A DNA stretch of 64,000 nt, from assembly GCA_002256025.1 (NCBI GenBank), contig NKIB01008526.1, forward strand, positions 1 to 64,000, read 5' to 3'. Below, one piece after another: positions 10,901 to 22,459 of this stretch; the first letter of the stretch is position 1, and each line of letters begins with the position of its first letter. The DNA is from Asterionella formosa (lineage: Eukaryota). Made by a program: the position numbers and the translations under genes. The notes beneath the pieces are model-generated. The model did no database searches. It had not been told where the DNA came from and saw nothing but the letters and a program-made list of their open reading frames with translations.

Positions 10901-13238
10901 ATATGTATTTGCTGCAGTTGCTGGTTTCCTTTCTCTCGACCTCGACCCTATCTTTGCTGCGCTGTCTCTGATCCCCTACAAAGTTTGCCTTGTTGCGGAA
11001 AGGATTCTTGAATCAATTAATTCATCTTCTATCTCCAAGAGGGCTGCTAATATATCAATTTTCAACGCTGGAAACAGTGGTCTCATCAATAGCTTTGATC
11101 AGATGAAGCAAAACTGTATGAACGCGATGACAAACCGAGTTCGGTCTGGTTTGGCCCCTCACGCAAATCTGTCCGAAGTTGGTGCCCGTTACATGCTCAT
11201 TGGCCAACGAGATTCTCGAAGGTTGATTTTCCGAGGTGTTTCAAGTGATGTTGTGCGGAACGAGATTGTTCCTGTGATTGATGGAGTGATTGCTGAGAGC
11301 AAATGCAAGATCCTTGTTGGCGAGAATGACAAAGGAGGTTCAGAAGATATAGTGTTGGAAGGCAGTTGGAGAGCATTGGCTATAGCCGAATTCCTTATTA
11401 AGGGTGCTTGTACAAAGAAAGGCTCGTTCCCTTCGCCAGTCGATGCATTTACAGCCAAGGAGGATGCAGTCTACAAACAACAGTCCAAGCGCCAACCTGG
11501 TTTGCTAACAATGAGTGCAATACACACCGCAGAAGGCTGGGACGGGACCATCCAATCGAAACTTCGTAGCGACTCGGTTGGGCGGAAAGTTGGTGGGAAG
11601 GCCTGCGTTGCAGGCAAAATCCCTGAAGAAAGGCTTCGAAAAGTGGGCCTTCGATGGTGGATTCCTCCACGCTATGGACCCAGCCCAACAGCATCCATCT
11701 GTGACATGTTTTGCATACGGACCCCGACAGGAGGGGAGGACAAGCGTTTGGAAGACCTCAAGGCACTCGTGGATTTGTCTATGGCGTTGCTCGGTGAAGC
11801 ATCAGCGTCATCAGAGTTCCCAGTGCTCTTTTCGGTGTCGTCAAAAAGAATTGAGAATTCTCAAGCTGATCGATGCATTGCTGTGTCAATGCAGCGCTGG
11901 CCGTCCGAGAAAGTTTCTAGCAAGGAGCAAGGGAAATCCTCTTCCAAACAGTCACAACTTGGCTATTCACCTGCTGCCCTGCAAGAACTGCAACTATTAA
12001 CACAGCTACACTCCCTCATTCCATCACCGCAGGGCCACCCGAATTTCATTTTGCCGGTTGCCATTGCACTTCCTCAAAATATCCCCAATAATGCAACCCA
12101 TGACCAGCCGGAAGCAAGCACTTTTGGTCAACCACAGAAAGATATATTTTCTCTATTCCAAACCAGCGAACAAAATGAACGACGAAAAGAGAAAGAAAAG
12201 AAATGGAAGGAGATGGCGACTGGCCCTCATCTTGTTTTCCATCCTACTCCTTTTGTTCTGCAGCGAGTTATCTCGTGTTCGAAGAAAAACCGCGACGATC
12301 CAGATTCTGCGATAAGTTCGCCGCTGCTCGCGGCATGGTTCCACGATTTGCTTTCTGCGTTAGTTCATTGCCATACTAATCACGTGGTTTTACGCGCATT
12401 CCAGGCTGATCAAGTGTTCTTGGATGACAGCGGTGTCGCGAAGCTATCAGGGCTCTATCGTGCAACAATCCTTCCTTTCAACGAGCGAGCTACTTCTATC
12501 AATCCTCTGCGCAATGCCCGTTCCGCAAAGAAAGAGAAAGGAAGAGAGACGCAGGACGATGGTAGTGATATGACGAGCAATCCCTTTGTTGCACCTGAAA
12601 TTCTTCTTGGGTCCATGAAGCACACGAAAGAAACCGATATCTGGTCGATTGGTTGCCTCATGGCGAATTTGCTTCTGGGCAAGCCGTTATTCGTTGGAAA
12701 AGAGAGAACCTCCGTTCTCATGGCCATGTTCAAGATTGTGGGCACACCTGGAAAAGAAAACTATTCCGATGCCTCGCGCTTCCCCTACTATAGAGATCCT
12801 CCTAAAAAGTACAAGCGTGGTGTCCAAAAGGCTTTCCAGCATATGATGAAGGATGAAGACTACAAAGTGCACGAGAAAGCGATTGATCTCATCGCTGCAA
12901 TGATCTATTTGGATCCACAAAAACGTATCACCGCTGTCGATGCGTTGAAGCATGAGTATATGATTCAGTACGTCGAGGATTGCTCCACGGAGGCTTTTCG
13001 TGGACAATTCGTGCAGGATTGGATGTCGCTTAAGAAACGGCTTGTGTATTCGAATAAGAACGACGAGATTGAGGCTCGGCAGAATGAACAGTCTGCTAAG
13101 CGCAAGGCTATGATTTTGGCGACACAGAGCTCACCTGCAGAGGACGAAGTTGATGACCTTTATGATATGGATGAGATTCTGGGGGGAAGGACGGAGAAGA
13201 AATCCAGGCTTTCTGTTGGCTACCATGGAATGCCGTAA
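7944..13238 (+). CDS. Multidomain protein: AWS-SET-postSET (Set2/ASH1-like) + Tudor-like + KH-like repeats + cyclin box + CDK-like (pseudo)kinase
   Basis: Uninterrupted ORF, first ATG at 7944. SET motifs ARFINHSCEPNC, ELSFDY and CHCCTPSCRG. Tudor-like EWFSADVIKYD...HLVMY. KH-like MRKGGQFFDYIQRTSGASVQI. Cyclin LLLASLFLANK...IQAESEILETLDFDI. Kinase C-lobe FVAPEILLG...TDIWSIGC...GKPLFVG...DPQKRITA. Confidence 0.88.
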   Translation: MSSRWGPRVPQEVPEGAAPDPTEVELITDVEWADAKDRQATGELATKPKAVYTDPCGCTASDDGMPCCIDESCVLYACLEECPADCSSGNACRNRRIAKKEWKNVEIVDAGPKGRGLVTLEDIRQGEFIIEYVGRAIRKAYLEKLFGRYKNERMLYIMALDTDIYIDARTKGGKARFINHSCEPNCVVHRWKVNGILRAAIFATKHIKEGEELSFDYKWERKRGRAPTKCHCCTPSCRGTLEMPKSMEEEEEERKLMSHWKKPINKEAGREIVNRSIRIMSDEHHEWFSADVIKYDESSGNHLVMYRANFEEAWEDLKKENWMILDEDAEQFVIAKKSARPRSLHQPTSLLHASGLDGTQGRVQGEVKNYLFVQTPIKDGFLKQGLFDRCQRTVGVVIEFERVMDIETDSQGQTEEDLDRRQALSESKDGFAWKISVSGKGHEAIIHALFILNKNVVYLHSKYNIEMPTSMASNIPKKVTSELSEEVIIPRVIVDQIKRRMPLIRELCRNVSVTFAPSESKSKQFAKLLLEANIESDLFDAKKQLWPQCIAACVEMQAEFNSFGAHKDLGFFGGELSSEQFKLLVGLQRDFTLNQECNEDLRKSSFFNSFQNTHRCTVWVQAEDDMGRIDRRTLSVSEAVPNAPRKIYFGCDPKDVPKVWGLVETRAAELARGVRYLHLGADKVYQQFMMRKGGQFFDYIQRTSGASVQIDSMTGDHLRIDGRVSGSGIIQIGDWDSETTLGESDKAALAEELIKLQIELYRDHCTRYESWIFGRDWTLSNSVDKNVKTEMQASASAHATTLSTRAPGTPSGRNQFESRSVAVACMEIEDINSNLELEGMVAAHAVVILYRFLHVLGENETLGTSSKLRELLLASLFLANKSQKVTKWKRMESLLEAAYRSFYPGTRFDKDNEEVAILESRVIQAESEILETLDFDIFWSGMDWVLRAAIEGGRIAEPLAKNAFDTALSGPVLAAGSEVWLSFGPAYVFAAVAGFLSLDLDPIFAALSLIPYKVCLVAERILESINSSSISKRAANISIFNAGNSGLINSFDQMKQNCMNAMTNRVRSGLAPHANLSEVGARYMLIGQRDSRRLIFRGVSSDVVRNEIVPVIDGVIAESKCKILVGENDKGGSEDIVLEGSWRALAIAEFLIKGACTKKGSFPSPVDAFTAKEDAVYKQQSKRQPGLLTMSAIHTAEGWDGTIQSKLRSDSVGRKVGGKACVAGKIPEERLRKVGLRWWIPPRYGPSPTASICDMFCIRTPTGGEDKRLEDLKALVDLSMALLGEASASSEFPVLFSVSSKRIENSQADRCIAVSMQRWPSEKVSSKEQGKSSSKQSQLGYSPAALQELQLLTQLHSLIPSPQGHPNFILPVAIALPQNIPNNATHDQPEASTFGQPQKDIFSLFQTSEQNERRKEKEKKWKEMATGPHLVFHPTPFVLQRVISCSKKNRDDPDSAISSPLLAAWFHDLLSALVHCHTNHVVLRAFQADQVFLDDSGVAKLSGLYRATILPFNERATSINPLRNARSAKKEKGRETQDDGSDMTSNPFVAPEILLGSMKHTKETDIWSIGCLMANLLLGKPLFVGKERTSVLMAMFKIVGTPGKENYSDASRFPYYRDPPKKYKRGVQKAFQHMMKDEDYKVHEKAIDLIAAMIYLDPQKRITAVDALKHEYMIQYVEDCSTEAFRGQFVQDWMSLKKRLVYSNKNDEIEARQNEQSAKRKAMILATQSSPAEDEVDDLYDMDEILGGRTEKKSRLSVGYHGMP

Positions 13239-13666
13239 TGCAGAACTTAAACTGTTGTGTCCCCAGTTTGTGCTCTAAGTCGCCATTTAAGTTTTGATTT
13301 TAAAAAAGTTGTTGGCGTGTACTCGAGATTGTCTATATTCCTGCAGTTTCAATGTTTTTGAATACGTATTCCAATGAGTGTCGTAACTCTCGTTTTTTAA
13401 CGCAGACACGGTTTATTTTGGACGTGTTCTACTATGTATACGCACAATGCTCGAACTAATATCCGTGTGAGCTATGTGGACAAACAGACCGACCGGGAGT
13501 TGTTGTTGGTACTTTTAAAATAGCTAAATACGAACAGGTCAACTGATTCATAACGCCTTCGCCCAAACAATTTCAAACTATCTCCAATCGTTCTCGAGGT
13601 GAGGTAATACCGGTAATGCCGCTGTCACTTCAAACCTTATAGAGTGGAAGTCATCATCCATTCATG

Positions 13667-14601
13667 TCAATGAAGAAGGCATACACACGTTGCCACTGGC
13701 CGTTCACACGTAAGTTCCACATCAAGGCATGTCGGACGATTGATGATTTCCCCGTCAAGAACAAAAGTAGAGGAAGATCCACCATCAAGATTGATGGCGT
13801 GCCATGCTCCTAGATCGATCAAGAAAGTTGCAATCTCCTGCAATGTCAAGCCTTTGTGACGAAAGCTACAGGCTGTTGAGTTTGCTTAGACTGAACATGG
13901 GTCAGTATCCAAGTGAGCACTCACCATTTCTCACAGCCATCTACCACACCAACAATCAAGCGCCCATCTACCGTCACCCCAATTATTGTACGTGGCGATC
14001 GTTCGGCGCCAGTGGGATTGGTTTTCGGAACAGCAGAGCTGCCATTATAGACAAGCCAGTTGAACCCGCCGAGAAAGGTTTGGATTTGCAACTCCCCTGC
14101 TTCAATATCGTCCTTCAAACCACCGAGAACCCACTCATTTCCTGAGGTGACCCCAAATCCAACGTTTTCCGATGAGAAATCAGAGTGAAGAATGTTCCTA
14201 TTTACAATCACAGGACCAACAGGCTCACCGGTGCCCTGAAACGGACCTCCATTTGACAAGACCGAACATCCTGAAGCTTGATGTGACGGGCGCTTCAAGC
14301 CATGTTCAGGAATTCGGATTGATAAAGCTGCGCTAGAAATGGCAGTATATCCTCTATAACCGCTAGCATGGATGTTGGAATAAATCGTGATGTTGGTGAT
14401 TTGCGTCGAGGTGGAAGCGGGGTGATGAACCAATCGAGGTGGTTTTATTACGACGTTTCTTGGTATATCGCTGCCTTTGATGCAATGTACGAGCACTAAT
14501 GATGAAATAGAAAGGGCTACGATTAACAAAGACATACCCCATTTTGGATGAAAGTTGCTATAGGTGCTCGAAATGGCACACTGGCCACCATTGCTGGTCA
14601 T
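13667..14601 (-). CDS. Phosphodiester glycosidase (NAGPA/DUF2233-like); exons 14601-13925, 13865-13667
   Basis: Motifs SNGGPF, SPRTIIG...LIVGVVDG and AINLDGGSSST. A 59-nt GT-AG intron (13924-13866) joins the ORFs in frame. Hydrophobic N-terminal stretch; alternative start ATG at 14535. Confidence 0.82.
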
Positions 14602-14904
14602 GGCGAAGATAGGAGGTATCCATATTTTTTGTTTATCATACCTTTTTATGTTGCAAATGGATGTTAAATTCCTTAGACCAGTAGCAGTACACGTTTGTAC
14701 ACGCAGTATGCTATGGTCTTTCTTTAGACAAGTCAAATGTAGACAGCAACATTTTGCTTCCTTATTTTTTTGTGCGATTGTTAAACTAGAAATCGATTTA
14801 CAATCGATTCAACTCCCCTTATTTCAGATCAGTCATGTCCAAGCTTTCATATAGATAACCAAGTAATGATAATGATCTGTTCTTGATAATTAAATCATGC
14901 ATTT

Positions 14905-17240
14905 ATATATATATATATAAATCATTTTTATAGTGCCATTATCCTAGCCTATTTCTAGATTTGGCATTATTGCGCTCCATGGCCCATAGTGAGGTGGGGC
15001 AGTGGAAGATGTGTTGGTGGTATCTCCCTCGAGTAGAAGTAATGATTAAAAAAATTCGGTAGCTGCTGTCTTGGATCCTTTCCATGTAGCTGAGTTGTGC
15101 ATGTCAGCTTGGGAATTGGATTCGAAGTGTGGATTGTTTTTAGTTCCTGTGACATCAAATGTCTGATATAGTAATCTAAACATACTGGTGTCACTTTTGT
15201 GCCTGCTCGTGTTTTCTGGATAGCATTTGCCATTGCTGACAGCCTAATTCCCATGCATAGTATACCGTGCTTTGGGACATCTGCATGTGATGATGTGTTC
15301 ATTGGTTTCTTGGCACTCGCATCATTGTGGGCAGGAGTCCACCCCATTATGAATAAGTTTCATTCGGGTACCTGGCTGTGGGTAACCAGCCATGTAGGTA
15401 CTTTTTTATAATTGTTTTCATCCCTGTTGTTTGTTTCTTGACGGCTGATTTCAGACTGCGCCAGTCAATGTATGATTCTGCCAAATGGTCGATCTTGTGT
15501 TTCTTCCCGAAATATGATGTTCTGTAATGATGGCCTTGTTTGATGTGTGAGCGGATCTGTGCACTGGTAAAACTGTGTATTTTCCTGTCTTCGATTAGTA
15601 ACCTTGTATACATAGTGGGGAAGTGTCTCGATGCCCTTCTTGGACCTCCTGTAGCTGTGTTTGGTTGTCTTTGCAGATATTGGGAAGCTAAGCTGTCTGC
15701 CTGAACATTCATCAATGCTATTGAAGTCAAACGCTGTGTTGTATCAGCATTGTCTTGATGGGCTTTAATCCACTGTATCTTGATGTCTATGTATAGTTAC
15801 TTGGACATATATGTTAGGAGTGAAACAATATCAGCGTTTGCTGGGGGTCGTCCTTGGTGCTTGCTCCATGAGATGAAATCCAATCTTGCTATGGATGCCG
15901 TACTGTCGCTCCATATGTATGAGTTGGAGCTGGTTGATACGCTATGAAATTCAATGAATTCCTGGAGAAAAAGCATTGCCGAAGCCATCCCAAAGAGTTC
16001 CTCCCTAGTGGAGCTGTTTTGGGCAGGGTCGCCATCAATGGGACCGGAGCACTGTGCGCTTTGTTCTGAGATCAGTGTGTTTGTTCGTTTCAGCCGCATT
16101 GTCCACGCGAAGGAACTTCTTTTGTCCTGCTGCATTGAGCCATCAGTCACAATCTTGCATGGTAAGCCAAGTGAAAGGAAGATGGCAGCAAAGTCTGGCC
16201 TCCATCATATTTGTCAGAGTGAGATTTCGAAGTAGTCTTTGTTTGTGGGGGGTGATGGTGTCCAAGCCTTTAACATGTTCCCTGAAAGTTCTAGGGTTGG
16301 TTGCTTGAGCTTGTTTTTGATATGATGACACGGGATCTAAATGTAATTGATCCACAAGGACTAACATCATCACATCGAGCGCAATGATCATTTGGTGGCC
16401 CCACATTTTATGGAGTGCCTTGTTTGGACAAGTTAAATCTTGCAGCTCCCATTACCGGTTCATTTTCATATACTGTCCATACTTTTGCGTTTATCTCCTG
16501 AAGTTTCCATAATATTTTTGTCGTTTGATCATAATAATATTGCCAGTGGCTAGTAGCTAGGAGTGCCAATCCACTAATGGTTGAGGAGCCTTAGGTGTTT
16601 TTTGGATCATTGAGTGAGTAGGTGTTTAGTAATTGCTTCTTTCCAGTTGTCTTGTTGTTGGAGCGTTGGGTCTGGTTGTTGTGGCCAGGTCCACTGTGAG
16701 CTTCGTTGTGAAATTCGATTGCACTCCACTATTTCTTGTCGGATGTAGCTGCCATCCGCGGTTACTATATCTGCTAGTGAAGAGTTGACATGGAGATACA
16801 AACATCCTTCACGCTTTAAGTATAAAAACAGATAATCTGATATGCCTGCCTTTTTTGAGGAAGAGAGACATGATCATCTGATCATGTACACATTGTGTCC
16901 TGGGTTGCCATCCTCTTGTCCGTTCGATGCGGAGATCGTGGTGCGTTCCCATGAAGTTCCTGAGTTGAGTTGTCCATGTTGATGTGGTATAGCCAATTGG
17001 AATCTTTGGGTAGAGGAGTAATTACTCCTCCCTGCCAGACTCAAGCTGGGTGAATCGTAATGAAATATCCATCAACTTCGATATTTCGTCTTGTGCATAT
17101 TGGAGAAAGAGGAGGTAGCTGTCCATGGCTCTAATTCCTTGTTCGATTGTAAGGTCAACTAGATTCCGTGTCGCCCCAGTCACCTACACCTTCCAGGTCA
17201 TTGACCTCATTTTCAAAGTCATTACTAGCTTGGTTTTTCT
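14905..17240 (-). mobile_element. Degenerate 5'-truncated LINE carrying RNase H
   Basis: RNase H motifs TDGS, SSTREEL, WSDS and WIKAHQD...NVQADSLA. C-terminal IDWRSL...KYLHGWLPT. Multiple stops and frameshifts; (TA)n at the 3' end. Confidence 0.75.
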
Positions 17241-17369
17241 TCACGAAAACACGGCAGTTGCCTAAGATTCTCTTTAGACTTTTAATTCATTGTGTTCCCC
17301 TGTCTCGTTATCCCTCGTGATACTAACATTGTAATTATTAAAGTGTGCTTGTGTTTATCCATGGATCTT

Positions 17370-20300
17370 ACCTCACTCCCACAAAATCTGTGCTACACCC
17401 TTGGCCTTACCAGCCCATCCTGGAATCACAATTTTTAATTGGGTTGTTGTTTTTCTATGGAACATGCATAGTGCGACCAGAAAAAATGAATTCCGATCAC
17501 TAAATCGTGTAGGCAACAATTCAGCACCGACGTTTGTACGTAGAAACTCAGCAAGCTCATTCTTGTCAAGTCTTCTTGTTCTCTTCTTTTCTCCATTCAT
17601 CTGTTTCAACATCATTCATATATCTTTCACTCTCCTCCTCTGTAACTCACCAAGTACCTACACTTGATTACACTGGATACACATGAAATTGAAATTCTTG
17701 AGTGTCACCTTACTTTAAGGTGTATGGTCCATTGTTGAAATCTCCAATATCATTGCTATCAAAAAGGTCTGAACTGTGCATCTTAGGGAGCCTGCCTCCA
17801 AATCCAATGTTTAATGAAGATATATTGAGACTGCCAATACGCTTTTGACAATAACAATAACTGTGCTGATCAAAGTATGCAAATACCTCAAACTGTGGAT
17901 AGCTACATCACTTTCATGTAGTCCCTAAAATCTTCAGTTTGTATCAATGCACGATTCCCAGTCCAATAGCTAGCCCCATGATTTAATCCAGTTTTCATTG
18001 TCCTAAAATTAATTTTTCACAAAACAGGAAGGGAAGAAATGAAGATCAATTTCAAAATCAGTAACATGAAAAGTACTAACAAAAAGCACTTACCAAAACT
18101 TCAATGATCCTCCATTTTGACGTTGTCCTTGGTAGCTAGCTTTTCTATTTACTTTGTTAGCAACATCAACAGAAACATAGCTTGACCCACACCTATCATC
18201 ATTGATTCTGACAAGCTGTTCAGCTGTTGCTCTTCGGTTCCATTCATGAAAATGATATGACGAAGTGAATGCTGAATAGATAAAACTTATTACCAAACTC
18301 TTTGGCCGCATTAGCTGCGGATCCTCCCCTGACCGAAGAAAAGAGGCAACAAGGGTTCATTGAATTCTCTTGTATAAAATATTCATCTAGTCCAATAATA
18401 ATTACTGGATTCTTTTCTTCTCTTGCTGAGCAGCCCACCAAACTGATTACCAAACTCAGTCAAATACACCGTCTCTGGAAACGTTTCGTGATCATCAACA
18501 TGTTTCTCACACATGTCTACCATGCTATCTTCTTCATTATACTGGTATCCAAAATAGTTCATAGTCGGGACACCATCTTTCTGCATTTCTGTGGCCAAGT
18601 CCTTTGAAATTTGAATCCATAAAGGGGCCCTAATTTCAATTTTTCCCAAGATATTCATAACAAAACCAGGCTCTGTATTCAACAACATCGCTCCACTCAT
18701 GTCCATCAACATAAAAAGCCTTTTTTTGTCTTGAGTGACTGAAGTATATATAAGGATAAAGATCAAGAATAAAAGCAGTTCTATAAGTTAGTTCAGTATC
18801 AACTGTGAGATCCTTATTCTATTCAACTTAATAAAACCCTAGATAGTACTTCATCCAGTTTGAGGCAGTTGCTAGGAGATACAGTGTTCTTAGTCCTCTA
18901 CATTCCTGAAGAATCGTTTGTTTGTGTACAAGAAGGTTCCTTTCCTTCTTTGTTGCGTTCTTTGATCAAATCTGAAATCAATTCTTCAAGAATGTATTCT
19001 TGGAAGCTATTACAGTCTAATGTAAACAAATTGGCATCCCAGCCAGTAGTATTCATTATGATCATATCCAATCCAGGATTTACCGCAAAAAAGTGGGCCG
19101 TTTTGACATGAATATTTGAGTGGATTTTAGAACTTGCGTTTCTTGCTGAAATCAGCAAACCACCTTCGAATGGTGGCCCCTCCACTTTTATTGTTGAGAA
19201 GAAATGTCTTTCCAACGGCATGCATCATATTTACTGCTTCTCTGCATCTTTTGCACCATTCAAGTTGATGACGCTCACCATTCACCTCCAATATAAGTGG
19301 AAATGCACAAGACATGATATACAGTGCTTTGTTCTGCAAATATAAAGCAACATATCTATTGAATGTCCCAGTATCTGTTACAATTCTACTTTCACCTCCT
19401 TCTTGTTCACTGGAATCCTCGGATCCTCCTCAACCTATTCCATTATTTTCCAGGTATTGTTGGCAGCATTGCCGAGAATTTTCCACATTGTCACACCAGC
19501 TGCATCTCATGCTGTTTCACCATCTTGCTTGTGGATTGAATAGGTTACCAGCTTCAGATGAATACCAAAACATTTTATCCATCTATTTGACCTCATGAAC
19601 AAAGCCACGGAGGCTAAAGAACTTATTTGCTGTGTTGTTGCAAAGTAGTTCTTCCACTGACTAGTCTGATTACCATCACACGTGATATTGACACATAGTA
19701 GAAGCCTGATCCTTGATTCTTGTTACCATCACATTCCTGTTGCAGTCCCGAGTACAGCACTGAACCATGACTTTGACAATTAGCATCATGAAACCAACTT
19801 TGACTCCCATCCATGTATGGACCAAGCAAAACTCCACTTCCGTAAAGTTTTGAAAGGACTGCTTTAACAGACGTACTTTATTAATCAACCACATGGACCC
19901 ATTCCTTAATTGGAAACCATTGGGATTGACATCATGGATTTTCGTAAGCCATTGTGAGAAATGTAATATTCAGCTCATTCAACCGTTTATGATGTGCTGG
20001 TGCTGTCATTAGTAAATGATCAAAAGGAAAGAAATGTTCAATTGTCTCATATTTTACACGACTCCATGATGATTTTGTTGGTGCTTCATTTATTTTGAGG
20101 TTGCCTGAGAAATCAAAGTAGTAATCTCTTTCACATCTTTATACTAGCCTTGTTGTCAATATTAACAATCTGAGCATTGAATGTAAACACAAATGATGTA
20201 GATGGGTGAATGTACTCTCTCCCAAACTCTTCCACCACAGTGATACCATGCTTCTTGGAAGGCATTGATAAACTCTGAGATATATGTTCTAGGGTGGCTG

Positions 20301-21150
20301 GCTCTGGTGGTGGTATTTGCGAGTCTGTTAAGAAAGCTCTTGAACTATTGAATATATCCACTACTTTTTGCATTGATATCCACAAACACTGCCAACAATT
20401 CCCTATGCCCTCAAATCAGAATAAATCACATATTTGTGTCAAGATTATGACATCATGATCCTTCCATTTTTCCTCAATCAAAAGTTCTTGCTTTTGCAAA
20501 TCTTTGGGTACTACCATCATGTGATAGTGTGGTCTCACATCCTCATCATCCAACACTTCGATATCCAGCATGTTGGCAGCAAAAGTATATGTTTAAGTAA
20601 ACTGGAATAATGGAACATGCGCATTCTTGCTGAGCCTGCACTTGAGTGCCATTTTCTTTTTTTTCATTATCCTTTTCGAGAACAACAGCATTTTTTGAAA
20701 TTGAAATTGCTGCACTTGCTTTCATTTGAGCCAGCCTCCTCTGGTTACCACGACCATGATGGTTGATTATCTTTCACTTGAGCTTCTCTATAACATTGTG
20801 CAAGAATATGTTCAGGAGCAGTTTGCTTCAAGGAGCCTCGAAACCCAGGCTTTCTGTGGAAGCATTCCTTCATTTTCCTTGTGTGTGCATATTTGAACAG
20901 GTATCATGTGGCTCATCCAAAAGGATAAGGTAACATAATTTTACTTATAGTTTTTTATAAACCGACAGAGGATTGGTCCTTGGTGAATGTTCCCATCTCC
21001 ATTGTGGCAGTAGGTGCAAGGCACCACACTGGTGCTGACAGTGGCTGACACAACCTTGATTTTGAAATCAACAGCCGGAAGTCTTGTAATTGCTTACAAA
21101 TCACTGATTGCAGCTTGCTGGATCCTGCCTCTCGGCCTGCACGTCCACTA
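17370..21150 (-). pseudogene. Fragmented long coding remnant, probably TE-derived (family not identified)
   Basis: A string of co-oriented, protein-like ORF fragments broken by stops and frameshifts, with no recognisable intron structure or diagnostic motif. Confidence 0.35.
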
Positions 21151-21602
21151 TACTATAGATGTCAGGTAGCACACCTTAGACACAGCTCTCGGTCGTTCTG
21201 TGGCAGATTTTCGATGTTGTGGATCGATTTCACCATGGCAATTCCTCTATTAAATGTATTCATTTTGTATATAAATGCATATACTGTAAAATAATTAGTT
21301 GGATTTGTGGATGAAAGTCAGCCCATACATTTCGGAGCTGTGTACAATCCACGTACATTTTCGTGATTTCTAAAACAGCTGTACCGTAGTCACTATTATC
21401 CGGTATTCCCATGGAGGACAACGTTACTGTTAAGACGGTTTCTAATTAACGTGGTTGTCCAGCTCACATTTTCACTTCATTTCAAGTACATACCGGTACA
21501 TCATTGTACCTCGGCTCAATAGCGTCGATAATCACGTGAACATCCCATAATAATGATTATATAATTATCGAAAACTCCATGTGATTTTGTCTTCTTAGTA
21601 TT

Positions 21603-22391
21603 ATGATGACCACTTCTGCTCTTTCTCCAGTTGACGAATGTTGCTTGAAGACAGCCTTGGCCTTTTGCATTCTCCGGCAACGCAGAAAGCGCAAGGCTCA
21701 TGAAACAAAGCTTCCGTTTTGCCGCAATTTGATGTCGCCAATGCTATTGCCAGTTGTGCACCCTTCGACTACCAGAACCGCGAACCGCTATCATCTTGAT
21801 AGCATGTTGAGGGTTGGCGTTGCAGCAGCTCAAACGCTGTACAAGGGTCATGACACGATGAGTCGATTATTCCAGGATATGGAAAAATCTAGTACTGTAG
21901 ATCGTTTAAATGGCATTGTTTCGCATTTGGCAACTCAACTGATTTCTGATTCTCATGAGAAGCACGATTGGATATCGCCATGGATTCAAGATAGCTTGGT
22001 GAATTACACGCCTGTGGCTGTCTGTTATTTGTGGTATTCTTTATCAGATATTGAACCGAATATTTCTGACATTCTGATTGGAGCTATTGGCAGGACCTTG
22101 CATAAAATATATCTCGATGAGGTCACATCGGTGGACAATGCAGATTTGCTTGTGGTAAATCTCGTCCATTTGCTTGAAAGAACTGTGGTGCTGAAGCTCA
22201 ATGTTTCTAATTCATGTGACATATTGGAATTAGTCAGTATATCTGTGGGTTCCGAGTTGTCCCTTCCGGTTTCAATGCCTGATATGGCAAACTTCGTTTC
22301 GAAGACCAATGGAACGAATCTTTCTGCCCCGTCCAAGCTCCTTCTTCGCCTAGGAGTCCATGATTTAATGGTGAAACTTTCTCATAGCTAG
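21603..22391 (+). CDS. Hypothetical protein (262 aa)
   Basis: Intact ATG-started ORF in a gene island, convergent with SEC11. No motif recognised. Confidence 0.55.
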   Translation: MMTTSALSPVDECCLKTALAFCILRQRRKRKAHETKLPFCRNLMSPMLLPVVHPSTTRTANRYHLDSMLRVGVAAAQTLYKGHDTMSRLFQDMEKSSTVDRLNGIVSHLATQLISDSHEKHDWISPWIQDSLVNYTPVAVCYLWYSLSDIEPNISDILIGAIGRTLHKIYLDEVTSVDNADLLVVNLVHLLERTVVLKLNVSNSCDILELVSISVGSELSLPVSMPDMANFVSKTNGTNLSAPSKLLLRLGVHDLMVKLSHS

Positions 22392-22459
22392 GAGAAGAAT
22401 TTTGAATTGTAAAACGAAATTACATGGATCCATATTGAATCTGTCAAATAAGAGTTTGC

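Noticed and set aside
8057..13007. Antisense and alternate-frame ORFs within the SET fusion gene
   Set aside because: Shadow ORFs of a long coding sequence with no motifs.
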